Shown: positions 47,441 through 58,350, counted from the stretch's first letter. The stretch: 64,000 nucleotides of DNA from Spirochaetia bacterium (GCA_963662795.1 OY759746.1:2880001-2944000); one strand, 5' to 3'. The notes: generated by a model from the letters alone, not told the origin. Made by a program: numbers and translations.

Positions 47441-48673
47441 ATGAATACCTATAACAATTATTTCGGTAAATACGGCGGACGGTATGTTCCTGAAGTTCTG
47501 CGCGGAACACTTGATGAACTTGAAAAGGCTTATACTGATGCCATTAATGATCAGTCGTTTATGGACGAGTTTGCTTATCTTTCAAAAACATTTACGGGAC
47601 GTCCTACTCCACTTATGAGGGCAGATAATATTTCCAGGAAAATAGGAGGAGGGTCGATTTACGTGAAACTTGAAGGATTGGCAAATACCGGCGCCCATAA
47701 AATCAATAACGCGCTAGGACAGGCTCTTCTTGCAAAGAGAATGGGTAAAAAGAGGATAATTGCGGAAACCGGAGCAGGGCAGCATGGTGTTGCGACAGCG
47801 TCAGTATGTGCGAAACTTTCCCTTGACTGTGTAATCTATATGGGCAAGGTTGATATCGCCCGGCAGAGGCCGAACGTGTTCTGCATGGAAATGTTCGGTG
47901 CAGAGGTCAGACCTGTAAAAAGCGGCTCCTGCACACTCAAGGATGCGGTAAATGAGGCAATGCGCGACTGGGCATGGAATCCTCTTGATACTTACTACTT
48001 AATGGGTTCAGTGCTCGGCCCTTCTCCTTTTCCCGACATGGTTAGGGAATTTCAGTCTGTAATCGGCCGCGAGGTTGTAAAGCAGGCTGAAGAAGAATCT
48101 CTCGATGTAAAGGCGCTAATTGCTTGTGTCGGAGGCGGTTCCAATTCCATGGGCTTTTTCTCTCCGTTTCTTGAGAAAGATACCCCCCGTCTTATCGGTG
48201 TTGAGGCCGGCGGCAGGGGAAGAGGAACTGGAGAACATGCCGCAAGAATGTCGGGAGAAGGGAAGGAAGGGATAGTACAGGGATATAAAAGCAGATTTCT
48301 CCTTGATGATGACGGTCAGGTTCTGTCTACACATTCAATATCGGCAGGGCTTGATTACCCTGGAATTGGACCGCAGCTGGCCATGCTTGGAGAATCCGGA
48401 AGGATCGAATTTACAAGCGCGACTGACTTGGAAGCACTTGAAGCTTTGAAGTTGTTTGCAAGGGAAGAGGGCCTTCTTTTTGCTCTTGAATCAGCCCATG
48501 CAGCATCAGCTGCGCTTAAAATAGCAAAAGAGTATAAAAACAGCGAAGCTGTAATTGTAAATATGTCGGGAAGGGGAGATAAGGATATCTTTATTTCAGC
48601 GATGGAGCTTGACAGGAAAAACTGGGGCGGATTTCTGGAAAGTGAAATAAAAAGGGGAGCAGCAATAAAATGA
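47441..48673 (+). CDS. trpB: Tryptophan synthase beta chain
   Basis: TGAHKINN, AETGAGQHG, CVGGGSN, SISAGLDYPGIGP, NMSGRGDKD; ORF track start is 47423. Confidence 0.98.
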   Translation: MNTYNNYFGKYGGRYVPEVLRGTLDELEKAYTDAINDQSFMDEFAYLSKTFTGRPTPLMRADNISRKIGGGSIYVKLEGLANTGAHKINNALGQALLAKRMGKKRIIAETGAGQHGVATASVCAKLSLDCVIYMGKVDIARQRPNVFCMEMFGAEVRPVKSGSCTLKDAVNEAMRDWAWNPLDTYYLMGSVLGPSPFPDMVREFQSVIGREVVKQAEEESLDVKALIACVGGGSNSMGFFSPFLEKDTPRLIGVEAGGRGRGTGEHAARMSGEGKEGIVQGYKSRFLLDDDGQVLSTHSISAGLDYPGIGPQLAMLGESGRIEFTSATDLEALEALKLFAREEGLLFALESAHAASAALKIAKEYKNSEAVIVNMSGRGDKDIFISAMELDRKNWGGFLESEIKRGAAIK

Positions 48674-49416
48674 AGGAAAAAAATAACAAAATTATGACCC
48701 ACCTTGTGGCAGGATATCCTGATATTGATACTTCTTTCGAAATTGCCAAAATACTTGTACGAAGCGGTGTTTCCGCGCTTGAAATTCAGTTCCCGTTTTC
48801 AGATCCGACGGCTGACGGCCCTGCAATTGAAAAAGCCTGCTCAATTGCTCTTGAAAAGGGATTCAAAGTCGATGACGGATTTTCTCTTGTCAGTAAAATA
48901 ACTTCCTTTTCAGATATTCCTGTATTTATCATGACTTACGGAAGCATTGTATTTGCGCGCGGTATTGAGAAATTTGTAAAGGATTCTGCCTCTTCCGGAG
49001 CAGAGGGAGTAATAGTGCCGGATATGCTTTTTGACTATGATGAAGGTCTTGGAAGAATATGCAGAAGCCATAATATTGAATGTGTGCCTGTAATAGTCCC
49101 TTCCATGAAGAATGAGAGGATAAAAAAAGTTGCTGAACTCGGCAGTGGATATATCTATGCAGCACTTAGAAGCGGCACAACAGGGGTAAAGACAGTTATT
49201 GATCATTCATGTATCTCATTTCTTGAAAACCTTAAAAATAGCGGATCAAAAGTAATGGCAGGATTCGGGCTTAGAAGCAAAGACCAGATCAGTCAGCTTG
49301 AAGGTCTTGCGGATTACTATATCGTCGGCTCCGCTATTGTCGGCATGATAGATACCATTGCAGATGAAAAGGGCAGTTACGATAAAATTGGAGATTATAT
49401 AAAAACACTTCTGTAG
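48670..49416 (+). CDS. trpA: Tryptophan synthase alpha chain
   Basis: EIQFPFSDPTADGP, IVPD, GTTG, AGFGL, IVGSAIV. Confidence 0.96.
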   Translation: MKEKNNKIMTHLVAGYPDIDTSFEIAKILVRSGVSALEIQFPFSDPTADGPAIEKACSIALEKGFKVDDGFSLVSKITSFSDIPVFIMTYGSIVFARGIEKFVKDSASSGAEGVIVPDMLFDYDEGLGRICRSHNIECVPVIVPSMKNERIKKVAELGSGYIYAALRSGTTGVKTVIDHSCISFLENLKNSGSKVMAGFGLRSKDQISQLEGLADYYIVGSAIVGMIDTIADEKGSYDKIGDYIKTLL

Positions 49417-49522
49417 CTGCTTATAATCCGGCAGAAATAAACATCCGGTCTGCCGTATGCTGACTTTAAAAAAAAATAAATATTCTGCTTGACTTATTAT
49501 AAGTAAATAACTATTATAATTA

Positions 49523-49543
49523 TAATAATGATTACTAATATTG
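49523..49543 (+). promoter_or_regulatory. Putative Fur/PerR box overlapping the perR start codon
   Basis: TAATAATGATTACTAATATTG, similar to the perfect palindrome at 49944; lies just downstream of a TTGACT-N17-TATTAT promoter. Confidence 0.55.
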
Positions 49544-49926
49544 GAACAGTAAAATATAAAAAAAGCAGACAGAGACAAAGGATCCTTGAGATACTTCAGG
49601 GGACAAATACTCATCCGACTGCAGACTGGATTTACGATTTAGCCAAAAAGGATATTAAAAATCTCAGCCTCGGGACAGTCTACAGAAATCTTAATATCCT
49701 TGTTGATCAGGGTCTTGCCAAAAGGCTTGATTTTGGCAGCACATATGATCATTTTGATGCGGTTGTTGAAAATCATTATCATCTGATATGTGAAAAATGC
49801 GGCATAATAGTTGACCTTAAAATGGAAACTGACGAAAGTCTTGTGAAGGAAGCATCAAAAAAAACATCCTTTAAAATAAGGGATCACAGGGTTGAATTCT
49901 TTGGACTTTGTAAAAAGTGCCAGTAG
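49528..49926 (+). CDS. perR: Fur-family regulator, PerR-like
   Basis: QRQRIL, HPTADWIY, SLGTVYRNL, HYHLICEKCG...D, CKKC; upstream of peroxiredoxin. Confidence 0.85.
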   Translation: MITNIGTVKYKKSRQRQRILEILQGTNTHPTADWIYDLAKKDIKNLSLGTVYRNLNILVDQGLAKRLDFGSTYDHFDAVVENHYHLICEKCGIIVDLKMETDESLVKEASKKTSFKIRDHRVEFFGLCKKCQ

Positions 49927-49943
49927 TTTTTTTATCTAAAAAC

Positions 49944-49964
49944 TAATAATCGTTACGATTATTA
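49944..49964. promoter_or_regulatory. Putative PerR operator
   Basis: Perfect 10-1-10 palindrome TAATAATCGT-T-ACGATTATTA just upstream of the peroxiredoxin RBS. Confidence 0.65.
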
Positions 49965-49993
49965 ATATAGTAAATTAAAATAAGGAGTAAAAA

Positions 49994-50677
49994 ATGGAAG
50001 AACAGGTTGTTGAACAGTACAGGATGCCATTAATCGGAGATTCTGCACCGGAATTCAAGGCAAAAACTACCCAGGGAGAAATTAATTTCCCCTCAGATTA
50101 CAAGGATAAATGGGTTATTCTATTCAGTCATCCGGCGGATTTTACCCCGGTATGTACAACAGAGTTCATGACTTTTGCATACATGCAGGAGGACTTTAAA
50201 AAACTGAATACAGAGCTTATCGGGCTTTCAATAGACAGCCTATACGCTCATATAGCATGGCTCAGGACAATAAAGGAGAAAATTGAATTTAAAGGGATGA
50301 AAAATATCGAGGTCAATTTTCCATTGATAGAAGACCTTACAATGGAAGTCGCAAAGAAATACGGTATGGTTCAGCCTAATGCCTCAACAACCCAGGCAGT
50401 CAGAGCTGTCTTTATTATCGATCCAAAAGCAAAAATCCGGGCAGTAATATACTATCCCCTTTCAAACGGAAGGAACATGGATGAAATAAAAAGACTTATT
50501 ATTGCTCTTCAGAAATCAGACAGGGAAGGGATTGCAACACCTGCTAACTGGCAGCCCGGCGATGATGTAATAATTCCGCCCCCCGGTTCATGCGGTTCAG
50601 CAAAAGAAAGGGTAGAGAAGAAGGAAGAAGGGAAATACTGCCTTGACTGGTTTATGTGTTTCAAAAAAGGTAAATAA
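49994..50677 (+). CDS. Peroxiredoxin (Prx6 class with extra C-terminal cysteines)
   Basis: FSHPADFTPVCTTE, YYPLSNGRN, ATPANW; C-terminal CLDWFMC. Confidence 0.95.
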   Translation: MEEQVVEQYRMPLIGDSAPEFKAKTTQGEINFPSDYKDKWVILFSHPADFTPVCTTEFMTFAYMQEDFKKLNTELIGLSIDSLYAHIAWLRTIKEKIEFKGMKNIEVNFPLIEDLTMEVAKKYGMVQPNASTTQAVRAVFIIDPKAKIRAVIYYPLSNGRNMDEIKRLIIALQKSDREGIATPANWQPGDDVIIPPPGSCGSAKERVEKKEEGKYCLDWFMCFKKGK

Positions 50678-50728
50678 TTAATTTTAAAATAGTTAAATAT
50701 TTAAAAAAGTATATATTATAAATTTATA

Positions 50729-50762
50729 AAGAAAAGCAGGGAGATTTTTCCCTGCTTTTCTT
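50729..50762. terminator. Bidirectional terminator
   Basis: AAGAAAAGCAGGGA-N6-TCCCTGCTTTTCTT between convergent prx and fhs. Confidence 0.8.
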
Positions 50763-50917
50763 GTTAATAATTGAAGTTAATTTAAGACATTAAGAATAAA
50801 GTGTCCCCGGAAATAAAAAATTTCCTTAACACTTAAAATATTTATTCTGACGGCATTCCCGGCTGACCCCGTCCCGGCTTCTCTCTGACGGCGGTTTATT
50901 CCGGATAAAACCCGGGA

Positions 50918-52684
50918 TCAGTAAAGCCCTTTTACTTTTCCTGTTTTTGTATCTATATCAATCCTTCTGAAAGCAGGGTCTGAAGCTGTACCAGGCATCA
51001 GTTTTATCTCACCGGCTACCGGCACCACAAATCCTGCCCCCCTGTAAACCATAATATCCCTGATGGGAAGGGTCCACCCGACAGGCCTGTTTTTAAGTTC
51101 AGGATCATGGGAAAGGCTCAGGTGGGTTTTTACCATGCATGAGGCAAGTTTTGAAAGAACCGGATCTTTTTCAATTTTTTCAGCTTTCTTCTTTGCTGCC
51201 TCTGTATAAGTTACTCCGTCAGCTCCGTATATCTCGGTGGCTACCTTGTATATCTTTTCACGAAGCGGTGCGTCATCATCATAGAGAAAACTGAAATTAT
51301 TTTTATCATTGCAGGCGTCTATTACAGCGTCAGCAAGTTCAATAGCTCCTTCCCCCCCATACTGCCAGTGCTTTGATACTGCACATCTTGCGCCTGCATC
51401 TGTACATGCTTTTTTTATTACGGCAATTTCTTCATCATCGTCTGTTGCAAAGTGATTTATGCATACGACAGGTGAAATGCCGCTTTTCTTTACCGCTTCA
51501 AGGTGGGCCATCAGGTTATCAAGTCCTTTTTCGACAAGGTGAGTATTTTTTTCTGTATAAGTACTGTCAAGAGGCTTACCCGGAACAACACGCGGGCCTC
51601 CTCCGTGCATCTTGAGGGCCCTTACCGTACACACAAGAACAGCGCAGTCGGGTGAAAGGTTGGAAAAACGGGATTTGAGGTTCCAGAATTTTTCAAAACC
51701 GATATCGGCTCCAAACCCGCTTTCAGTAACATGATAATCTGCAAGTTTTAAGCCGATCAGATCGGCAATTATTGAAGACTGTCCTATCGCGATATTTGCG
51801 AAAGGTCCTGCATGAACAAGGACAGGCTGGCCTTCAATAGTCTGCATAAGATTGGGGTTAATCGCTTTTGACATTATGGCAGTCATTGCTCCGTCTACTT
51901 CAAGATCTGCAGCTGTTACAGGGTTTCCGTGTTTGTCATAAGCTATAACCATTTTTGCGATTCGCCGCCTTAAATCCTCAAGGCTTACAGCGACGGCAAG
52001 TATTGCCATCAGCTCTGATGATACAGTTATCTGAAAACCGCTTTTCATCATGAAGCCGTCCATTTTTCCGCCTATCCCGATTATTATGTCGCGAAGTGCC
52101 TGCGCGGAAAGGTCGATGGCCCATCCCATTGCCGGGTTCCTTGGGTCTATATCAAGTCTTTTAAGATTCTTTTTCCCGAGCATTTCATCTGAATAATTAA
52201 ACTCATGCTGCATTCTTGAGGTAAGAGCTACCATGGCAAGGTTATGCGCGTTTGTAATCGCATCTATATCGCCGGTCAGGCCCAGGCTGAACTCTGTAAG
52301 CGGAATGCACTGCGCGAGGCCTCCTCCTGCCGCAGATCCTTTAACATTGAATGTCGGCCCTCCGGACGGCTGACGGATTGCGCCTATTACTTTTTTCCCT
52401 TTTTTCCCGAAACCCTCGACAAGACCCATAGTCGTTGTTGTTTTGCCTTCTCCAAGCGGGGTGGGGGTAATTGCTGTTACCTCTATATATTTACCGTTTT
52501 TTACATGTTCAAGTCTTTTAAGGATACTCATGTAATCCAGTTTACCGATATAGTGCCCGTAGGGAAGAAGCTCCATTTTCTCAAGCTCCATCTCCCCGGC
52601 AAGAGTATATACCGTCTTCATATTTTCCGCTGCTGCTTCTGCTATTTCCCAGTCTTTCATCGAGACGGGATCAAGTTTTCTCAT
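50918..52684 (-). CDS. fhs: Formate--tetrahydrofolate ligase
   Basis: [52 protein letters not shown]. Confidence 0.98.
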   Translation of the reverse strand: MRKLDPVSMKDWEIAEAAAENMKTVYTLAGEMELEKMELLPYGHYIGKLDYMSILKRLEHVKNGKYIEVTAITPTPLGEGKTTTTMGLVEGFGKKGKKVIGAIRQPSGGPTFNVKGSAAGGGLAQCIPLTEFSLGLTGDIDAITNAHNLAMVALTSRMQHEFNYSDEMLGKKNLKRLDIDPRNPAMGWAIDLSAQALRDIIIGIGGKMDGFMMKSGFQITVSSELMAILAVAVSLEDLRRRIAKMVIAYDKHGNPVTAADLEVDGAMTAIMSKAINPNLMQTIEGQPVLVHAGPFANIAIGQSSIIADLIGLKLADYHVTESGFGADIGFEKFWNLKSRFSNLSPDCAVLVCTVRALKMHGGGPRVVPGKPLDSTYTEKNTHLVEKGLDNLMAHLEAVKKSGISPVVCINHFATDDDEEIAVIKKACTDAGARCAVSKHWQYGGEGAIELADAVIDACNDKNNFSFLYDDDAPLREKIYKVATEIYGADGVTYTEAAKKKAEKIEKDPVLSKLASCMVKTHLSLSHDPELKNRPVGWTLPIRDIMVYRGAGFVVPVAGEIKLMPGTASDPAFRRIDIDTKTGKVKGLY

Positions 52685-52798
52685 ATATATTGACTCCTGA
52701 ATTGTGCAAATAAGTTTTGGATGTAATTATAAACTAAAAGAGCGCCTTGCAACAACCATATAGAAAGATATTTGCTTTTTAAGCGGAAAAGAGTTTTA

Positions 52799-53664
52799 AT
52801 GGATAAATTACTGCTGATTGCAGATGATAACGAATCAGTACGCATATTGCTTGAATCAACTCTGAAAAAATGACAAATACAGTTGACCGGGCATTGAAAT
52901 TTGCGGAACTAAAGTATAATTCACGAGAGCAGGATAAACTTCTTTCCGCGAATCTTTGTATTGCATCGGAATTCCAAAAGGTACTCCTGAAATTTCCAAT
53001 GCCGGAAAGCTGTCATTTTGATGCGGAAATAACCCGTAAATTCGCAAATGACCTTTATTTCGGGGGAGATTATTACGATATCTTCAACCTCGGTAACGAA
53101 GAATACCTGTTTATGCTCGGCGATGTCGCAGGACACGGACTTAAGGCTTTTTTTTACAGCGATACTCTAGGCACTAATTTTTCCGGAATATATCAAAGAC
53201 AATTCTTCAATATCCCCTGCATTGTTTCTTGAATGGCTCAATAACAGGTTTTTTGCCGCATTCAGGAATAATCCCGATCTTTTTATTGCATTTTCCGCCG
53301 GCCTTTTTAAGGCAACAGAGAAAAAATAATTTCTGCCAACGCAGGGCAGCCTCCATTTATAATCTGCGCGAACGGGATTATATCAAAACACGCAAATCCT
53401 GAAATCGCGATAGGCGCTGACGCTGATATTGTCTACTCAGAAACTGAAGTTTTGGTAAGTGCGGAAGATCTTGTTCTTATGTGCACAGACGGATTATATC
53501 CGGCAGGGAAAGCTGACATATCACCCGTGATGGAGGATTTTGACAGGCTCATAGTAAAAAGCTGTAAATCTCCTGATTTTAACAGAATTTTAATGAATGC
53601 GGTAAACGAAAGAGGCAGGTTTTCAGAGGATGATGCAACCCTCATGAGCATAAGAGTGAAATAA
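52799..53664 (+). pseudogene. Receiver-domain/PP2C (RsbU/SpoIIE-type) phosphatase pseudogene
   Basis: MDKLLLIADDNESVRILL receiver start is cut after 24 aa. The PP2C part reads GGDYYD...GDVAGHG, shifts frame at T8 (53148-55), has TAG at 53168-70, shifts again at A6 (53321-26), then ANAGQPP...CTDGL...DDATL. Confidence 0.88.
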
Positions 53665-53675
53665 AACCTGAATAA

Positions 53676-54731
53676 TTATTCGGCGACAATCCTGTTCCGT
53701 CCCTGATTTTTTGCTTTATAAAGAGCTATATCAGCCCTTCTTACAGGATCCATAAAATCATCATTTTCCTGAATCATGGAAATTCCGGCGCTGAATGTTA
53801 CTGAAATAGTGTTGTTTAAAAACTTTTTTTCCCCGATAGATAATCTGATGCGCTCAACTATTATCCTGGCCTCAGAAATATCTGTACAGTAAATTATAAT
53901 CAGGAATTCCTCTCCGCCCCATCTGTAAAAAATGTCCCCTGTCCGCAAAGCTTCCTTAATCATCCTGCTGAGTTCGCTTAAAACCCTGTCACCGGTTTCA
54001 TGCCCCCATTTGTCATTAATCTCTTTAAAGTGGTCAATGTCTATCATGCAGAATGCCTTTTTGTTACACTCCGGTATTCCGGCAGTTGATTCAGAGAATT
54101 TACGCCGGTTGTAAGCGCCGGTCAGTGAATCCGTGTTTGCCTGTTTTTCAAGTTCACAGGAAAGCGTAATCTCCCTGTAGATAATCTTTGTAATAAAGTT
54201 AAGAGAAAGAATAAATATAATTCCGGTGTAAACTGCCTGATATATCTGATGCATTACATTAATGGTAATATATCCATGTGAGAGATATCCAAGATTAATA
54301 AAAATCTTTCCTCCAAATAACAATATGGCAAAAACATAGACCGTAATAAGCTGATATTTTCTTGTATGAACTGCACCGGCTGCAATAAGGACAAGAAACA
54401 TATGTACAAAAAACTGAATATCATTAAGCCTTAACATAAGTTCGAATGCTTTTAAATTTCCAAGTAAAATCATCAGGTTTATTGTCAGATTTATCTTTCC
54501 TTTTTTCAGCAGCAGGAAAATCACTGGTAAAAGGACAATAAAAAACAAATTGAAAAATAGTTCTTTTGTTTCAACGCCTACAGTAATCAATTTTAAAGCT
54601 ATTGTGGCAAGAATATATGGTGTTAGCAGGGATAGAAAAACAAAGGTGTATTCTGTCTTTCTCTGGAGAAGGTAATCTTTATTTTTTTCTGATGGTAAAA
54701 AATATTTAAATATTTTTTTCAAAGAAGCCAC
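53676..54731 (-). CDS. Membrane-bound diguanylate cyclase
   Basis: About 6 transmembrane helices, DSLTGAYNRR, IDIDHFKEINDKWGH, RxxD I-site (RTGD) and GGEEF. Confidence 0.95.
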   Translation of the reverse strand: MASLKKIFKYFLPSEKNKDYLLQRKTEYTFVFLSLLTPYILATIALKLITVGVETKELFFNLFFIVLLPVIFLLLKKGKINLTINLMILLGNLKAFELMLRLNDIQFFVHMFLVLIAAGAVHTRKYQLITVYVFAILLFGGKIFINLGYLSHGYITINVMHQIYQAVYTGIIFILSLNFITKIIYREITLSCELEKQANTDSLTGAYNRRKFSESTAGIPECNKKAFCMIDIDHFKEINDKWGHETGDRVLSELSRMIKEALRTGDIFYRWGGEEFLIIIYCTDISEARIIVERIRLSIGEKKFLNNTISVTFSAGISMIQENDDFMDPVRRADIALYKAKNQGRNRIVAE

Positions 54732-54872
54732 ACTATATAAAGTTTATTAAAGAATATTTATTCATGCCTTTTTAGTCAATAATAAGAATTATTTTATTAC
54801 TATATAAAGAATCACCTTCCCTTTCCGGATTCATACTTGACAGCTGTAAAAAGATAATCAAGAATTATTGTT

Positions 54873-55172
54873 ATGGAAAATAATGATTTTAAAAAATCAC
54901 TCAGACAGCTTAGCACAGCTCTGGCCTTGACTGATGATCAAAAACTTATTGAGGAATTTCTCGGGAGCATACTTACACCGAATGAAATATCGGAAGTTGC
55001 CGCCAGATGGGCTCTTGTCCTTCAAATATATGGCGGAAAAAGCCAGCGAAAAATTTCTGAAGACCTGGGATTAAGCCTTTGCAAGATTACCCGCGGGTCA
55101 AGAGAACTAAAGAAAGAGAATTCCCCTTTTAAAAAAATGATTGAAAAATGGATTGAGGCAGATAAAGCTTAG
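54873..55172 (+). CDS. trpR: Trp repressor family regulator
   Basis: ILTPNE...RW...SQRKISEDLGLSLCKITRGSRELK matches the TrpR HTH (ITRGS). Confidence 0.85.
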   Translation: MENNDFKKSLRQLSTALALTDDQKLIEEFLGSILTPNEISEVAARWALVLQIYGGKSQRKISEDLGLSLCKITRGSRELKKENSPFKKMIEKWIEADKA

Positions 55173-55195
55173 CAATTAAGAATACTCTTTAAAAG

Positions 55196-55978
55196 TTAAT
55201 TTAAAGCTGAATCAATCCAGTCAGAAATAAGAATAACTGCTTTTTTCTTTTCCGTTCCTTTGAAAATCATGTGTTTACTGCTTTGAAGCCTCTCTTCATC
55301 GAGGATTCCCGGATTGATTCTTTTTTTTATTATATCACCGGCTTTTACCGGTACTGTAGTATCTGATTTTGATAAAAGCAGAAAAGTCCTGCATTTCAAC
55401 GTCGAAAGCCTTTTTTTCGCCTCTCCCTGTAGTTTTAAAATCGCATATGCAGCTTTGGGCCAGTCGAAAGACCAGTATTCCTTTTTCAAAAATGCCTCAA
55501 AATCGTTTTTCGCTTCCGCTTTTTTCTTTCTTCTCATTTTTTTTATAAAAAGCATCATTATTGGAGAAAGATGGATCTTGATCCTTCTTTTATTGGTTAT
55601 AGCAGGAGCTACGAGAACAAGGGCATCGGGAGAGAAAACTGAAGCAGCAATTATTGCCAGCAGCCCTCCCATTGAAAAACCGGCAATAACAACTTTTTTA
55701 TACCTGCCGTTAAATTCCGCACAGGTATCAAATGCTTTTCTTAGCCAATCCTTTCCGTCAACAGTAAGAAAATCATCTCCTGATGTTCCGTGGCCCGGCA
55801 GCCGTGGCACGGAGACAGTATACCCCCTGCTGTTGAGTTCTCCGGCAAGAGGGGCAACATCATCAGGGCTGCCAAGATAGCCGTGAAAGATTATCACAAC
55901 CTCATCGCCCCCCTTGAGAAATAGCGGCATCGCTTTTTCATGTATAAAAACCGATTTTTTGATTCCGGGAGTCTCCAT
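55196..55978 (-). CDS. Alpha/beta hydrolase (carboxylesterase-like)
   Basis: FHGYLGSP, PRLPGHGT, GFSMGG nucleophile elbow, D and H triad positions; ORF extends to 56029. Confidence 0.9.
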   Translation of the reverse strand: METPGIKKSVFIHEKAMPLFLKGGDEVVIIFHGYLGSPDDVAPLAGELNSRGYTVSVPRLPGHGTSGDDFLTVDGKDWLRKAFDTCAEFNGRYKKVVIAGFSMGGLLAIIAASVFSPDALVLVAPAITNKRRIKIHLSPIMMLFIKKMRRKKKAEAKNDFEAFLKKEYWSFDWPKAAYAILKLQGEAKKRLSTLKCRTFLLLSKSDTTVPVKAGDIIKKRINPGILDEERLQSSKHMIFKGTEKKKAVILISDWIDSALN

Positions 55979-56057
55979 AATTACGGAAAATATAAATATT
56001 AACAGGATAAAAGTAAATCTGGTTGACATACCTTTTTTTGCCTATTATTTTGTTTTT

Positions 56058-56861
56058 ATGGAATTTAATAATAGCATTTTTGTTTTTCATCTTGTAAAAC
56101 CTGACGGCAGGGAAATATACCTTCATCCTTTTGAGGAATTTGATAAAATAATTGCAAAGGGGGGTACTTTTCAGGTAGAAGGAAAGTACGGAGAAGAACC
56201 TGTAATAGAAAGCATTACAGCTTTCAGGAATACGCTTTACAGGATTGTAGAAGAATCTGTCAATAACTGGATTACAGAATCCAGATTTATTCCCAGGTTT
56301 TTAAGTTCAGCAGCATTTTTTCTGCTTGTGTATTTTTTTCTTTCTTTCGTCATAAGGGATCCCATCCCGATGATTGATGAAATTGCCGGGGGGATTGCTG
56401 CAGCTGTTCTACTGTATCTTTTTTTGGGCAGAAAATACAAAAAAACAGGGACAGCTTCAAAATTAAGGGCACACTACAGGGGAATAATTGACAGGATTAT
56501 TTTCAGGGAAAGTAGTTTTGCCATTGCTTTTGAAAAAGTTCTCAAAGAAGCAGAAGGGAAGAATATTGAAGAGATGATCGCTGCAGTCAATAATTCGAAT
56601 CATTTCCAGCAGCTTGTCTCTGAAGAGAACAGGCTGGAACGTTCACAGCTTATTTCTTATATAGAGAGAGGCATAAAGAAACAGCTTACTTCAGGACAAA
56701 AAAAGGTGTTGAACAAAATCTTGCTTAAAGGATTTGAAAAAAGCAGTTCCAGCCTGAAAGATCTTGACCCTGTCTCCATGACAGGAGATATAGATATATA
56801 TATTGTTATTGTTTATCTCTCTCTTAAACAGGGCAGATATCAGCAGCTGATTTCAGAGTAG
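56058..56861 (+). CDS. Hypothetical membrane protein
   Basis: Two transmembrane helices around RDPIPMIDE; ORF track start 55914 overlaps the divergent gene. Confidence 0.7.
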   Translation: MEFNNSIFVFHLVKPDGREIYLHPFEEFDKIIAKGGTFQVEGKYGEEPVIESITAFRNTLYRIVEESVNNWITESRFIPRFLSSAAFFLLVYFFLSFVIRDPIPMIDEIAGGIAAAVLLYLFLGRKYKKTGTASKLRAHYRGIIDRIIFRESSFAIAFEKVLKEAEGKNIEEMIAAVNNSNHFQQLVSEENRLERSQLISYIERGIKKQLTSGQKKVLNKILLKGFEKSSSSLKDLDPVSMTGDIDIYIVIVYLSLKQGRYQQLISE

Positions 56862-56910
56862 GTAAAATAAAAGCCGGAAGTACTAAAAAATTAAACAGCA
56901 GGCAGACTTC

Positions 56911-58140
56911 TTATTCAACAGTCTGAATTGACTGCATCTCGTCAAGAAGTTCCATTGTCTTCCTTACCGTAATAAGATTTGCAACTGCCGGGGTAAAGCC
57001 GGGATCAAGCTCAATCGCTTTTTCCCAGTTGGCGGCAGCTTCTTCCAGATTGCCTTCAGAATATGCCATGAGCCCTTTTATGTAGTATCCGTCTACTTCT
57101 CTGGCAAGAAGATCTCTGCCCTGGTCCCCGAGATTAAGGGAAGAGGCAAGGCTGAATCTGTCAAGCCCGACCTGTGTTGTAAGGTCAAGCGTATAATTAA
57201 AATTAAAACTGATGTCTTCGAGATCAAGCCTGCTCCCGAGTGAAAATCTGGGATTTGAACCCCTGTACCTGAATCCGCTCTGGACAGAGAAAAAATCTGT
57301 AACAGTAACATCAACACCTGTCGCAAAGCTCATTTTTTCAGCCGGCTGTTCTGTCGGGTTCAGTGAAATCGGGTAAGTAATATCAAAAGCAAGTATCAGG
57401 GGGCGTACGGGTGAATAGGCAATTCCTGCTGCTGTTTCAAGCGGAAGGGGATCGTCCTGCGCATTAAGCCCGAGGTTTTTTAAAACAAGTCCAAAGGAAG
57501 TGTTTTTATCCCTTGAGCTGTAAAATTTGAGAAAATTAAATCGTGTAAGAGCGCCGAGATCCGCCATTACTGAATAGGCAGACTGGCCTGCATAAATATC
57601 CCGGGGTATGTTTCTATAGGCAAATTTGAGATTGCTTCCAACTGAGATTCCGTAATAATCATAATTGGAAAGGAAATTGTATGAAGTGTTAAGGATAACT
57701 ACGGATTCGGAATAATAGCCGCTTGACTGCCTTTCTCCCCAGGTATCATATTCTGTAAAAGGGACATAAAGGAATTTGGCACCTGCGCCGAAGCCTAAAT
57801 TATTCTTCCGTGATGTATAAACCACGCTTTCTATGTTTGTATCGGCAATCCAGTCATTGTGGTAGAAGGATAGCTCTGTATATTGAAGGCGGGCGCTTCC
57901 TGCCGGATTTGCTTCAATATAGCTTGCATCATCAGCCACTGCAGTAAATGCAGTACCCATTGCTTCAAAACGTCCTCCCATCGGAACTACAAGAGTTGGA
58001 AATGCAGTCAATCCTGTGTTGGGATCTGAAAGGGAATCAAGCATGCTGTCCGCATTATAGTAAAGATCGGATATATCCGCACTGTAGGTGAAATATAATG
58101 GGAAAACTAATAACAACAGTAACAATTTTCTTTTCAGCAT
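56911..58140 (-). CDS. UPF0164-family (FadL/PorV-like) outer-membrane protein with C-terminal TPR
   Basis: Signal peptide; GGRFEAMGTAFTAVADDASYIEANPAG hatch motif, beta-strand body, terminal TPR (AAANWEKAIELDP). Confidence 0.85.
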   Translation of the reverse strand: MLKRKLLLLLLVFPLYFTYSADISDLYYNADSMLDSLSDPNTGLTAFPTLVVPMGGRFEAMGTAFTAVADDASYIEANPAGSARLQYTELSFYHNDWIADTNIESVVYTSRKNNLGFGAGAKFLYVPFTEYDTWGERQSSGYYSESVVILNTSYNFLSNYDYYGISVGSNLKFAYRNIPRDIYAGQSAYSVMADLGALTRFNFLKFYSSRDKNTSFGLVLKNLGLNAQDDPLPLETAAGIAYSPVRPLILAFDITYPISLNPTEQPAEKMSFATGVDVTVTDFFSVQSGFRYRGSNPRFSLGSRLDLEDISFNFNYTLDLTTQVGLDRFSLASSLNLGDQGRDLLAREVDGYYIKGLMAYSEGNLEEAAANWEKAIELDPGFTPAVANLITVRKTMELLDEMQSIQTVE

Positions 58141-58324
58141 CTTGATTGTTCTTACCTATAATAATAGCAAAAAAAATTAAAAAAATCGAGTATTTCTTTT
58201 ATCGGAATAATTTTAACAAAGAATGAATTCTGTATACAGGTGTGAAACTTCAGTCAGTTTCAAATTGTTTTATCATTGCCTGTTCCATGTATACCTTTTC
58301 CCGGATGAGCATTTTCTCTGTGCT

Positions 58325-58350
58325 TCAAAATGTTTAATTAGTGCCGATAA
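58325..58350 (+). promoter_or_regulatory. Sigma28-like promoter
   Basis: TCAA-N14-GCCGATAA upstream of the large TPR gene. Confidence 0.45.

Noticed and set aside
52685-52798. ZTP or THF riboswitch upstream of fhs
   Set aside because: A TTGCAA/TATAAT promoter leaves a leader of only about 35-40 nt with no aptamer consensus.
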